Shown here: piece by piece, positions 1-13,381 of the stretch
Position numbering within the stretch: the stretch's first letter is position 1
Layout of the letters: the number at the start of each line of letters is the position of its first letter
Position numbers and translations under genes: made by a program
NCBI RefSeq assembly: GCF_006345805.1
Contig: NC_043013.1
Span: 29,512,001 to 29,576,000, forward strand
Reading direction: 5' to 3'
Source of the DNA: Octopus sinensis
Taxonomy: Eukaryota
Length of the DNA stretch: 64,000 bases
Notes under the pieces: model-generated
Told to the model about the DNA's origin: nothing
The model's input: only the letters and a program-made list of their open reading frames with translations
The model's database searches: none

Positions 1-806
1 GACTAGTCCAAAAGATTACAACAAAGTGGACTCTGCTGAAGGAACCCCTGGGCTAGATTGTAGTGTCAAACCGAAGGATTAATTAAATCTATCACACAAC
101 GAATAAGAATCGCCTATCTAAGCGGCATGCGCATAACAGTTTCTGTCTACCAAATTTCACACAAATGGCGTTAGTTAATACGAAACTATGCTAAAACAAT
201 TATTTAGGGTACCGAGGTGTTGCAGCAAGGAGAAACAACAGGCTTACAAAGCGAACATCTTAATCACATAGCCATGCATATGTTCCTGTCCGAGGATATT
301 GGCAATTTACTTTTCTCCCAGTCTCACGGGAAAAAAAGGAAACAAATTGTATCACAAATTGCTATTGAATCAGTCTTTAACAAATTGAAATACAAAACCT
401 GTATCACTGGGGTTTGAACTCAAAGCGGTGTAACGCAGAAGAAACTAACCTTGAACCGAAGCTTTTTTATCACCGCTATTTTCTGTTAAAGTCACGACCA
501 TTTCCAACGTTCCTCAATAAGTAGAATTACAGCGGAACTACGAAACGTATGTGACCTTCACTTCATATTTCATTTTCGCAAGTTACATATAATTTGCGTC
601 ACATTTTAACCCCCTATAATTCCGTATGTCTTGTTTCCTTCTCTTCTTGTTTAGTTGAAAAATAATTCTACAATTACGATTGTTAACATGTCTTACTTGG
701 CGAAATAACCTGTTAGTTAACAACCATTATACGAGTTAACCTAGTTATATTTTATTTCGCTAAAAACAACTAAAATACTACAGAAACAGCATTCTTAAAA
801 AATACA

Positions 807-841
<35 letters not shown>

Positions 842-1035
842 TTAGACTTCTAAAGTAATCATATGTTGTAATTTTTTAAATGAGTTATAGTTATAATAGT
901 TAGAAACTTTTTGATGTGCCAAATCTTCAGTCATCTTCACATGCCCTATTTCAGGCATGTAAAATAATAGCTCTAAGCTCAAAGTCAGCCTACACTCCCC
1001 ACTCTCTCGCTTTCTCATGTGTGTATGTGTGTGTT

Positions 1036-1057
1036 TTATTATTATTATTATTATTAC

Positions 1058-1112
<55 letters not shown>

Positions 1113-1155
1113 TTATTATTATTATTATCATTATTATTATTATTATCGTTATTAT
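1036..1155. repeat. (ATT)n microsatellite, tail/target of the adjacent RLE element
   Basis: Direct reading. Confidence 0.95.
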
Positions 1156-1159
1156 TGTA

Positions 1160-1758
1160 TTAAAACTCACAGCTTTTATTACTAGATATGATGGAAAGTG
1201 TCAGCTGTCCACAGCCAGCAGACAAAGGTGACATTTGTTTTACTGGTCATGCTTCAAGAACCCTGCGGAGAATTCTTGCCGTTCAAAGCAACGCAGATTT
1301 TTGTAGGTGTTTTACCTTCACACTTGCACTAATCTTTTTCAGCTGTGCTGGTAGTTGAATGTTGATACTTCCAAGTGTACCAATTACTATTGGCACCACG
1401 TCTACTCTCTTCATTGACCACAAATTTCGTGTTTCTCACTTCAAATTGTCATAGTTGTTATTTTTCCTTCTTCTTTCACATTGATCTTCTTGTCACTGGA
1501 GCATGCCATGTCGATTATCATACATGTTCTTTCTTTAATATTCACCACAACATTGTCCGGTTTCCGATTCTAGTCAGGTGATCGCGCTAGATCATTGCAT
1601 CCCACAGGATTTTACAATTCTCATTTTCGCTGACTCCTTCTGGGGTTTGCTCATACCACGTCTTTGCTCTTTGTAGACCGTAATTTCTATAGAGCTTCCA
1701 ATGGATCATTCTTGCCATATAGTCATGGCTTCTTTTGTATTCACGTTGTGCCAATTCG
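1160..1758 (-). mobile_element. 3' fragment of R4/Dong-like non-LTR retrotransposon (RLE domain), decayed
   Basis: Manual minus-strand translation: ELAQREYKRSHDYMARMIHWKL...KILWDAMI...KPDNVVVN..CMIIDMAC...VVPIVIGTLG...LQKSALL*TARILRRVLEA*. This matches the post-zinc-knuckle and PD-(D/E)xK region of RLE elements. A 3' UTR and (AAT)n tail (1036-1155) follow. Confidence 0.85.
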
Positions 1759-1759
1759 G

Positions 1760-2058
1760 CCTCGGCCGAATTTGAGCACAGACGTAGCGGTAGACGAAAT
1801 ACCTATTTCTTTACTACCCACAAGGGGCTAAACACAGAGGGGACAAACAAGGACAGACAAACAGATTAAGTCCATTATATCGACTCCAGTGTGTGGCTGG
1901 TACTTATTTAATCGACCCCGAAAGGATGAAAGGCAAAGTCGACCTCGGCGGAATTTGAACTCAGAACGTAGTGGCAGACGAAATACCGCTGAACATTTCG
2001 CCCGGTGTGCTGACGATTCTTCCAGTTCACAACCTTAATAATAATAATAATAATAATA

Positions 2059-2101
<43 letters not shown>

Positions 2102-2315
2102 CCTTTCCACTATAGGTACTAGGCCTGAAATTTGAATATTAGGGCTTAGTCTATTATATCGACCCAATACGTAACTGGTACTTATTTCATCGACCCTGAA
2201 AAGATGAAAGGCAAAGTCGACCTCGGCGGAATTTGAACTCAGAACGTAGCAGCAGACGAAATACTGCTGAGCATTTTGCCTAGCGCGCTAACGACTCTGC
2301 CAACTTGCCCGCCCT
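1760..2315 (-). mobile_element. tRNA-derived SINE family A, two copies plus a partial, separated by (AAT)n
   Basis: Reverse complement carries the B-box-like gttctgagttcaaattccgccgaggtcgac and the shared body ctttgcctttcatcctttcggggtcg seen many times in the window. Confidence 0.85.
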
Positions 2316-2327
2316 AATAAAAAAAAA

Positions 2328-2630
<303 letters not shown>

Positions 2631-2825
2631 TTACACAAGAAATTTCTTTCTCAATTGGTAAAAAACAAAAATTTGTATATCGTTGAAATCGATTAGATTG
2701 TACCCGTTAACTTTTATCTGGATGATGTAATACAAGAAAAATGAAATTATATCTGATTTGCAGTTCAATAAGTTATTTAATTCAAAGCGGATTTTACGGG
2801 GAAAAAATTTCAGATACTTTCAACA

Positions 2826-3228
2826 TAGGCGTGGCTGTGTGGCAAAAAGCTTGCTTGCCTACCACATGATTCCGGGTTCAATCCCACTGCATGGCATCAT
2901 GGGTAAGTGCTTTCTACTATAGCCCCGGGTCGACCAAAGCCTTGAGAATGGATTTGATAGACGGAAACTGAAAGAATCCCGTTGTACATATATATGTGTG
3001 TGTGTGTGTGTTTGTGTCTGCGCTTGTCCCTCCACCACCACTAAGAAACCGGTGTGGTGTGTTTACGTCCCCGTAAACTAGCGGTTCGGCAAAAGAGACC
3101 GATAGAATAAGTACGAGGCTTACAAAGAATAAGTACTGGGGTCGATGCATTCGACTAAAAAAAATTTGTAGGTGGTGTCCCAACATGGCCACAATCTACT
3201 GACTGAAACAAGTAAAAGATGAAAGATA
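2826..3228 (+). mobile_element. tRNA-derived SINE family B (CORE-like central block, internal TG tract)
   Basis: A-box-like ggctgtgtgg, B-box-like ggttcaatccc, central ggcaagtg.cttctactatagc; same body at 13598, 17635, 47300, 56455. Confidence 0.85.
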
Positions 3229-3729
3229 GATTATTCGAACACTAATTTTGCGAAGTTAATATAGTCTAACAAGAGACTCATTATGAGTTTCGGCCAGCTA
3301 TGGTCTGTTAACATCAATAAGAAAACCTCTCAAGACTATGTTCTAGAGAAAGATAAGAAGGAAAGAAGTCGTTGAACGATAGCATCACTTTTGTATGAAA
3401 CTTGCTGGTTGTGTCAGTGTGACCTACACTAACATTTAGATGGAGGTAGGATGGGAGGAATAAGTGTTACAGTAGAGCCTTTGTCGATGGAGTAAAGACT
3501 GCTAGTTGTTGTCTGGTCATTGCAAGTACGTGCGTACGGAACCATATTGGCGGAAATAAAGGTACAACTGATTCCTTTGGCTCGAGGCCTAGTAGTTTCG
3601 TGGGAAGAGACTAGTTGAATGAATTAATACTATTGAAGGGCTTTAACGCTAGTGAACTGATAGAATTATACAGAGTATCGGGTAAAGAAAACTCTTTACG
3701 GTATCTGGTGTGTTCAGCTGTCAGTCCAG

Positions 3730-3975
3730 GCTCGTCAGGCCGGGAAGGGCACACTGTAAAAGTATCGGCTGCTCTGTGACAGGTTTGTGGTCGAGTGCGT
3801 GGCAGTAGAGACCTTCAGCGTTCTCGACCACTGGACAACATCTCTGCTCACCGTTATCAGGGCAGAAATGTCTATCCGCAAGTGCGAGCCCCATGAGTCA
3901 GAGTGGCCGTTCCAGCGCTTCTCCATCGCCATCCTCCGGGGCAACGCATTTTCCATTTTGCCCGTTTGGACCATG
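3730..3975 (+). mobile_element. CRE-clade-like RLE retrotransposon C-terminal fragment
   Basis: KYRLLCDRFVVECVAVETFSVL...FQRFSIAILRGNAFSIL (ORF 3787-4062 and upstream) resembles the (F)AVETxG...QRxSxAIQRGNA end of CRE-type RLE domains. Confidence 0.6.
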
Positions 3976-5181
3976 AGGCAAACTGACAAAACATTTTTCA
4001 TATATTTCTTTGCTGTGAAGAAGACGATCAAATCCTGCCTCTTATCTTTCCAGGATCGATAAATAATTTAGGAGTCAAATACTAAGTTTGACTTAGTGGA
4101 CTGATCCCTTTTCATATCAAAATTACCGGCCTTCGGCCTAAAATTCGTAAATATTAATGAAAGAAACTCGTCAAAATCGTTTGAGGATTGGAAAAATATC
4201 TTGTTTTTTTCTGGTTCTTTACGCTTTGAGTTTAAATCCCATCAAGGTCAACTTAATCATTTATTCTTTCGACGTCGATAGAATAAAGTACCGGTCAAGT
4301 ACTGGAATCGATGGTATCGGCGGTATCGGCCAACACCTCTTCTTCAAACCTACTTGGCCTTGTTCTTAAAGAAGAAACCATTGTAATTCTCCATGGAGCA
4401 GTGGTTTGGTAGGATATTTAAAATGTAGCTTTTCTTCTTCGAACTGCCAGACTTAGGACCTCGCCTCCATCTAATCGTTTTCCCCCTTCTTATGACCTAA
4501 ATTCATTCCTTTCATCTTAATTTCTTCTTCGTGGTCGTTTACACTAAGTAGTTTCTCGCCTCGTTTGGGACTTTCTAATAATATAAAAGGCCTAACAAAT
4601 ATTCAATTAAGTCTTTCCACGTCCTGTATTCAAATTCCACCGAAAGCAATTGAGCTTTTCAATTTTTTTAAGGATCAGTAAGATAATTTACCGCAATAAG
4701 ATATTGAATTTGACATTGTGTCTTAGTGCTATAATCGTCTGAACGGTCAAGTGCTAAAGTAGCACTCATAGACTGGTACTTCGAATGTGGAAGAACACCA
4801 ATGACTACTGCCATTTGTAGAGCTGTTGTTTCTGTAACATAAACGTTCTCTGATTGTGGAAGATAATTGTTTCTAATTTAGACACAATGCTAATAGTTTC
4901 TAGGAGATGGGGTTAGTTGAAACAACAAACTCCGGTACTTGACTGCTACTTCATTCTGTTGACTTCGAAAGAATGAAAATCAAAGGTGCGCTGGACGGGA
5001 GGAAATACCACAAGGTATTGTGTCAACAACCTAACGAATCTGTCCATTCACTGCCCCGATGATTTGTCATACTGGTATTACTGTTTGTATTAGCCCCAGA
5101 TGATCTGTAAATCAAATATACTTATGATCAAATATATTTCATTCGTGACAATCAGGTCTTTTCATTTATATATGCTAACTT

Positions 5182-5417
5182 AAGGCGGCGAGCTGGCAGA
5201 GCCGTTAGCATTCCGGCCAAGATGTTTAGCGGCTTTTCGTCCGATTTTAGGTTCTGAGTTCAAACTCCACTGAAGTCGACTTTGCCTTTCATCCTTTCGG
5301 GGTCGATGAAATAAGTACTAATTGAACAATTGGGTCGATCTAATCGACTTATCACAATGTAAAGACAGACAAAATGTCGTTAAGTATTTTGCCGTCATTA
5401 TAATAATAATAATAATA

Positions 5418-5454
<37 letters not shown>

Positions 5455-5455
5455 A
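5182..5455 (+). mobile_element. SINE family A copy followed by (AAT)n
   Basis: ggcggcgagctggcagagccgttagc...gttctgagttcaaactcc. Confidence 0.8.
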
Positions 5456-6431
5456 ATAAGAATAATAGTTCACCGTCGAAATAATAATTATAATATTGAT
5501 ATGTAACACTGACATTGGGTCACATATTTGATGGGGGAAAATTTGTCGACAAAATATAACCTAATATCTGATTGTTACTTTATTTTACCCAACTCGGAAA
5601 TACGAAAGGTGAGTCTAAACTTAGTGGAATTTGAACGCTGACTGTGAATGACCATGACTAAAAACCACTAAGCATTTTGTCTGTCGCTCTAGCCATTTAG
5701 ACAATCCATCGCTTTTATTATAATAATGATTTCCAATATAGGCAGAGGCCTTACATTTGGAAGACGTGTATTGTTGATTTTTATCTAACTTCGGAAGAAT
5801 GAAATTAGAAATTTAAAAAAATTTAGACTTCGTCTCTCAAAACGTGATGCGCTTTCTATACTTATTCTCCTAAGAAGAATCGGTGATGATAGAGACATTT
5901 TGCATGCCTTCAGATATTTTGTAAAACCGGTACAGTTGGACTAGACACTTTCAGTGAGTCACTAAAGTTGGTGCAGATGCACTTAGATAACAAATATGGC
6001 GCTCGTCGACAAAAAGTTGCTGAACACAGCGAAAACATACGTTGGAGTCAGTATTCAAATATGCATAAAACTTTTTAGCAGAAATTGGCAACCCACCCAT
6101 AAATTCTTAAAATATCACTAACACATTGGATTTCATTTTAATTGTGTTATCAATTAATTATATAATTAATTAATTCACAAGACAGTCAGTCGCCCTCTGA
6201 CACACGTTGACGCTACATCGAAGAGGTCGGGGAACAGAAGAAAGAAGGAGATAGTGCAGAGTACTTGTCCAAAATGTGTAAAATGCGTCATGATGTATCT
6301 AAACAATTTGAGTTGAAGAAACAGAACAATAAAAGAATCAACAGACACATTTGTCCAATCTCAAGCAAGATCAAAATAATCATTGTTCGCCATTGTGACT
6401 TCATAGCAAAATCAATCCCTGGACTCAGATC

Positions 6432-7825
6432 ACATGGACGGAAGGACCGGTTAAACTACTCGGGGTCTGGTATGGTCCGGACCTCCAGGTGGACAAGAAC
6501 TGGGACTAAGTGACGAGCAGGGTAGCCAATCTCACCCAGAAATGAGCCGAGAAGCTGCCCTCGAAAGGTCGGGTGGAGGTAGCGAATGCGTAGATCGCTT
6601 CCGTTACTATTACCGTTTGACCGTCGTCATGGCTGACCAAGCTGGAGCGCTTGCTTTTCCATTTTCTGTGGAAGGGACGTGTTCCACTCGTCAGACGGTC
6701 TAGCTGCTATCAACAAGCGTTGAGTGGAGGACTGGGCATGCCGTGGCTAATGATGCTCAAACACGCACTGAGGCTACGATATCTCCAGCATTTTGTTAAC
6801 GTGTGATCGCCGTTTGTCAAGCAGGATTTTCCGCAGCTCGTCTCATTGACGGAGCTACAGTCTTGGATCAAACGTAGACCACGAAAGGGTGCTTCGCACC
6901 TCGATTGTCGGCAAGTGCTCACAGCTTTCTGCCAGTCGAGCAACGCAGTCGATGGAAGTTCCACTTTGGAGTTCTGCAAGGGATTAATGGCGAGCAAGAA
7001 CGACGATGTCCTTGGGGAAACTCTGGGTGTCGGGAGGGATTAATTAACTGGTCTTTCCGGAGAGACTTTCGAGCCGGGGTCTATGGATAACTTCCAGAAA
7101 TCCTTGGCCTGGCAATGTTACCGGGGAGCTCTGCCAGTTCGAGACAAGCTCTACAGATACGGAAGTACTATCAGACCTGTCCGAGGTGTGCGCAGGGCGA
7201 CGGGACTGTCTTGCATGCACTCGTCCAGTGTCCGTGCATTACTGACTTGTAGAGCTTTGTCGAACAGCTGTTATCGTGTGTAGGACTCGTCCGGGTATCA
7301 CCTGAGTCCATCGTGAAGATAACCCGCTCGCCTTCCTTTGGTCGGGAAAGAAAGGCAGTTTTCCTCTGTCTGGTGGCTATGGCGAAGGAGGTTGTGTGGT
7401 GGACGAGGCTGAAATAACTGAAGATAGATACTTTCCTCTTCGACCAAGCCCTCATCGACTTTTTCAAGTTCAACTTGAAAAGGAAAGTGAGGGTAGAGAG
7501 GGAAGTTCTGCCCCACCCCCAGTAAATTTGCTGAAAGACGGGTGTATGTGGTGAGGAGGGCTCGTGTGAATGGCTCTACTCTGAACTTTCGTTTGTAAAC
7601 CGGAGGAGTTGAGAAGAAGAGAAGCGCCTGCTGAGGTGCACCAGGGATAACCAGGTTGTGCAGGGTTCTTCAATTGTCTCTGTGAGGAACTCCCCACTTT
7701 TGGGGAGAATTTTTATTGTTAAATTAATTTTGTTACTTATTGTATACATCGCATTGTTCAGTACCCCACTTGCCTCTTGTAATGTCCCTATTTGTTTTGT
7801 GTTCGGCCCACGTGGCTAATAAAAG

Positions 7826-7831
<6 letters not shown>
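6432..7831 (+). mobile_element. 5'-truncated Tx1/L1-clade LINE (RT thumb, C-terminal CCHC knuckle, 3' UTR), decayed
   Basis: Manual translation: WTEGPVKLLGVWYGPDL...; SLAWQCYRGALPVRDKL (ORF 7083); frameshifted TCPRCAQGDGTVLHALVQCP from 7178; AATAAA at 7818; (TTA)n at 7832-7908. Confidence 0.85.
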
Positions 7832-7910
<79 letters not shown>

Positions 7911-7940
7911 GCAGTCTGCTGACCCTGTGTCAAAGTTTGA

Positions 7941-8163
7941 AATATTACAAGGCTGCCATCTGGTAGACTTGTTAATACGCTGGGCAAAATGCTTAGCGAC
8001 ATTTCGTCTGTCTTTACGTTCTGCGTTCAAATGTTGCCGAGGTTGACTTTGCCTTCCATCCTTTCGGGATCAATAAAATAAGTACCAGCTGAGTACTGGG
8101 GTCGATGTAATCGGCTATCACTCTCCCCCAAATTTCAGGCCTTCTGCCTACAGTTGAAGGGGT

Positions 8164-8215
<52 letters not shown>

Positions 8216-8229
8216 TAATAATAATAATG

Positions 8230-8298
<69 letters not shown>

Positions 8299-8308
8299 TT
8301 TATTATTA

Positions 8309-8341
<33 letters not shown>

Positions 8342-8960
8342 CATTATTATTATTACCAAGGTGACAAATGGCAGAATCGTTAACATGCCGGACAAAATGC
8401 TTAGCGGCATTTCGTCCGTCTTTACGTTCTGAGTTCAAATTCCGCCGAAGTGGACTTTGAATTTCATCTTTTCGGGTCGATAAATCAAGTACCTGTGAAA
8501 CACTGGGGTCAATTTAATCGACTAGTCCCCTCTCGGCAAAATTTCAGGCCTTGTGCCTTTACTAGAAAAGATTATTGTTATTACTTTTTTTTTCTTTCAC
8601 TCCTTTTATTACTGTTCATATTTTTATTAGTTTAAGTCATGTCCATTGTCCGGAAATCTTTCGTCACACATCTGTGATCTCTTTAGCGACACTTTTCATT
8701 TTCGTGTGTGCTCGTGCTCCACTTATTCCGCTTATTATTATTATTATTATTATTATTATATTATTATTATTATTATTATTATTAGGCGGTGAGCACGCCG
8801 GACAAAATGTTTGTGTCCGTCTTTACATTTAAAGTTCAGGCCAACTTTGCATCCCATCCATTCAGAGTCGAAGAAATAAGTACCAGTTAAGCACTGGGGT
8901 CGATGTATACAACCCCCCCACTCCCCGAAATTGCCGGCCTTGTGCCAAAATGTGAAAACA
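7941..8960 (+). mobile_element. Three SINE family A copies interleaved with (AAT)/(ATT) tracts
   Basis: Copies at about 7941-8160, 8356-8570 and 8784-8960. Confidence 0.8.
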
Positions 8961-10313
8961 ATATTAATGTCGTTTGTTTATTAGTTCGTTTATTTATCCC
9001 GTTTTGGATAAAAAATCTTGCTCGTAACATTGAGCCGAGCAGTCCATAGAATAAGGAGAAGTGTTAGGGCAATGTCATTTTACGCTTCGTTTCGTTTGTT
9101 TCTGTAACTGTCAGAAACATTCTCAACCTGAGCTATGCAACTTCTCTATTTGCAAACGTTTATATTTAGATAACATTTTGTCAGTTTTAATCGATATGTT
9201 TTTGTCAGCGTGACATGACACAGCCATCGAATATTTTTTTAGGAATGTCATAAAATTTAATTATTTTTATCCCATTCTCATTCGTTTCTCTCTCTGAGTT
9301 AAAAACGATACGTTTCTGTCCGCATGACATGACACAACCATCGAATATTTTTTTTTTTTTTTGGAATGTCTTAAAACTTTCAATAAAATTTTTTCATGCC
9401 GTTTCCTTCGTTACTTCTCCTCTCTGCGTTGAAAATACGGCTATATCAGACCGATTGAAATATCATTGATTATTTGATTTCGAAATACTTGAAACACGTG
9501 ACTCTTTCAAGATCGAAAAATAAAATTTCAATATAAAAAACAATAGACGCTTAAATAACAAAGTTCTGACTAGAAGCATGTCTCCTTTGACAAAAACAGA
9601 GCGGCGTTAGTTGTTTAACTTCACGTTCATCTATAATTGAGATCCATAATTAAACACTCTTTTTATGTATATGTAAGCTTTGATAACCCAATATATGCTT
9701 TCCCCTTTCTTTATTTAAAATGATATGACAGGGATTTGGTTGCTACTTCTAGCTGACCTAATGACCACATAGACGCACACCGAACCCCCCCCCCCCCCCC
9801 AACACACACACACATGAATTTCAATAGATGGTTTACCTCTTTGCGATATCTTTTCTGCATCATGTGCAAATATCCAGAGAGGCAAAATATTTAGTAATAA
9901 GACACGTAAAGGACAAACGGGTTTATTTAGTGACATCCACATCCGATTGCGTTGTCGGAAAATCATTACAGAGTCTTCTAGACTGTCGTATTTGCTTGAT
10001 GATTTCCGGTTGTCATGACAGAGATTGGAGAATTTCCAAAATTATTATATTAGTTCTAGCAATTTTTATAGCCTGACAGATGTGCATATATACTCACACA
10101 TATTTGTACAGGGTACTTAAACATATAGATATAAGTGTCAGCAGTTTTGTGTAATTTTCTGTGTTCTTGAGTGTAAAATCAAGAACATATTATAAACATA
10201 TAGCATTTCGTCTAATACACACATACACACACACACACATACACACATATATATACATAAATATATATATGTATGAATGTATATATATATATATATATGT
10301 GTGTATATATATA

Positions 10314-10349
<36 letters not shown>

Positions 10350-10360
10350 TATATATATAT

Positions 10361-10417
<57 letters not shown>

Positions 10418-10423
10418 TCTTCA

Positions 10424-11800
10424 ATTCCTTTTCCTTCCCTTCCAGCCCCTCACACCTCCTCTTCACCTTAGACATAAAATACCTGTATACGGTAATTCCC
10501 CACAACGACGGTCTCTTAACCCTCCAACACTTCCTCGACCGTCGTCCCGACCCCACCCCAGCACCACACCCTTCTCCGCCTGGCAGAGCTCGTCCTCACC
10601 CTCAACTGTTTCACGTTCGCCGGGGAAACGTACCAACAGACGTCCGGGGTCGCGATGGGAACGAGAATGGGCACCAATTTCGCCAATCTCTTTGTTGGCT
10701 ACATTGAGGCCCAAGTATTCTCCCAATTCTCCGGGCCGACCCCAGAACTATACGGTCGCTACATAGACGACTGCATAGGCGCCACCTCCCTTTCCCGCGA
10801 ACAACTCTGCCACTTCATCTCTTTCCTCTCTAACTTCCACCCCTCTCTACAATTCACTTCCACCATCTCCAATACCTCAGTCAACTTCCTTGATATCTCT
10901 CTCAGCATCGACCACCCCTCCCACTCTCTCACCACTTCCGCCTTCTTCAAACCCACGGATTCTCACCTCTATCTCAACTTCTCCTCCTCCCATCCCTTCC
11001 ACACAAAACGGGCCATCCCCTACTCCCAGTTCCTCCGCCTCCGACGCTTGTGCAGCCGCGACCAGGATTTCGAGACCCAGTCTCAATACCTGGCCCGCCT
11101 GTTCAGGCATCGAGGATACCCACCTACACTGGTCTTGAACGCCCTCGCCCGCGCTCGTCGCATTGACCGCACCACCGCCCTTTCTCCTTCCTCTCACCCC
11201 CCCAACCGCACCCCCTTTCCCCTCCTTCTCCACCCTTCTACTCTACCCCTTCGTCAGAAGATACTACGTGCCTTCCGTCGCCTCCAGCTCGATCCCACGA
11301 CCCACCCCATTTTCCCCAACCCACCCCTGTCCTCCTTCAAACGAGCCCGGAAACTACGCAACCTCCTGGTCCGTATCACCCTCTCTTCTTCCCCCTCAGC
11401 CCCACACGGAGCCTTCCCGTGCTCCAGATCCCGCTGCAACACCTGCCCCTTCATCACCAACACCACTGCTGTCACCGGTTCCAACCAGCGAACTGTACGT
11501 ATCGGACATTCTTTTACGTGTACTTCGTCTGGTCTCATATACTGCATTAAATGCAACCTCTGCGGAATGTTGTATATAGGACAGACGGGACGCCGGTTGT
11601 CCGACCGATTCGCCGAACATCTAAGGGGTGTTCGTCTACGGTCCAATTCTCCCGTCGCACGTCACTTCCGCTCGGCCAGCCATTCCCCCGATGACATCTC
11701 TGTGTTTGGTCTCGCCCCACACAACGGTCCTCCACAATCCAGGCTTCACTTGGAGCAACGGTTCATTTTCACTCCAACACCCCACACGGACTCAACACAG
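10424..11800 (+). pseudogene. Penelope-like RT/GIY-YIG polyprotein, partial, two frameshifts
   Basis: The frame of ORF 10655 extends upstream to about 10568 ([27 protein letters not shown]). A frameshift near 10560 joins the LFTLDIK motif (frame of ORF 10273). After LEQRFIF a shift restores PHGLN near 11782-11796. The rest of the 463-aa track ORF is microsatellite read-through. Confidence 0.9.
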
Positions 11801-11859
11801 CCCCCTCCTCTTAGTGACTGCGCTCCACCTCTCCCCCTTTTTTGTCCTTATACAGAAAC

Positions 11860-13190
11860 ACACACACATACTCACGTATCCACGAACACACCTACTTCCA
11901 ACACACCACACACATACAACCTACATACACATGTACGCACACATACTTCCACACCTATGCACCCCCCACGCGCACACACACATGCCCGTGCACACACACC
12001 AACAAACAATACTCATACAGATACGCACACTCTTATAAACACCTAGCAGAGACACACACATACATACACGCACGTAAGCGCACACACGCACACAAGCACG
12101 CGCATGTACATTACGCCCACACAACTCCAGAAGAACCCCCACGCACATACGCATACATTCACACACACACACATACATACGTACACACACATACATACAT
12201 TCATACATGCATACATCCATACACACATACACATACACACATACACACACACATACATACATACATACATACACACATACATACACACATACATACATAC
12301 ACACATACACACATACACACATACACACATACACATATACACACATACATACATACATACATACATACACACACACATACACACACACATACATACGTAC
12401 ATACATACATACACACACACATACACACATACATACATACATACGTACATACACACATACACACACATACATACATACATACACACATACATACATACAC
12501 ACACACATACACACACACTCATACATACATACATACATACATACATACATACATACATACATACATACATACATACATACATGCATATGGGGTTGGCTGT
12601 ATTGCAGGCGTGCGTCAGTGTGTGTGTGTGTGTGCCTGTGGATTCACATACACCCACACCAGTTTTTTTCCATCAATCTTTCAATTATAAAGTGTGTGCT
12701 TGCATACATACATATACACACATATAAACTTATAAACACACATATAAACCTCTACATTTGTACACACACGCACATATATACATACATTCACTCGCACGCA
12801 CATACACACACACACGCACACACACACATTTACATATATATACAATACACGCACACACACATACACACGTACAAACACACACAAATTCACATACACACCG
12901 ACACATATACATACACACAATATATACCTGCACGCGCACGCACACATACACATACGTACACACATATAAGCACAGACACACACACACACACATACGCACA
13001 CAAAAACATACGCACGCACACACGCACACACCCAAAGCTCACAACCCCACGGATACACGCATATACATCCATATACGCTTACACACACACACACATACAA
13101 ACGCACACATACACGCACACACAACTACACGCACATACATACACACACACACACGCACGTACAAGCACACACGCACACATCCACACACAT
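11860..13190. repeat. CA/CATA-rich compound microsatellite block
   Basis: Direct reading; strongly C/A-biased on the + strand. Confidence 0.9.
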
Positions 13191-13346
13191 TCCCCCTCTC
13201 ATTTTCTTTACCATACTGTCTTTGAAAACTCTCCTGTCTTTAAAAAAACATTATTCTTCCACCCGTCTTTCAATATGTGACCACGTGAATACCACTGGCG
13301 ATTTTTTTCTTCTGTCTTCCCTTCTCGGGATCTTTCCTTCTCCTAT

Positions 13347-13381
13347 GTTTCCGACGAAGAGCTCCGCTCGAAACGTTAAAC
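13347..13381 (+). ncRNA. Putative minimal (type I, dimer-dependent) hammerhead ribozyme motif in the PLE terminal repeat
   Basis: GTTT-CCGACGA-A-GAGC-TCC-GCTC-GAAAC-GTT-AAAC: stem I GUUU/AAAC, stem II GAGC/GCUC, palindromic AACGUU stem III. The core has C at the canonical U4 position. Folding was done by eye. Confidence 0.6.

Noticed and set aside
9205-9430. ~110-bp tandem duplication (tgacatgacac...gaatgtc)
   Set aside because: Real but only two diverged units, probably internal to a DNA-transposon relic; no further signal.
11800-13280. HT/YI/CV-rich long ORFs, including the last ~85 aa of the 463-aa ORF
   Set aside because: Stop-free microsatellite read-through; the PLE protein ends near the PHGLN motif.
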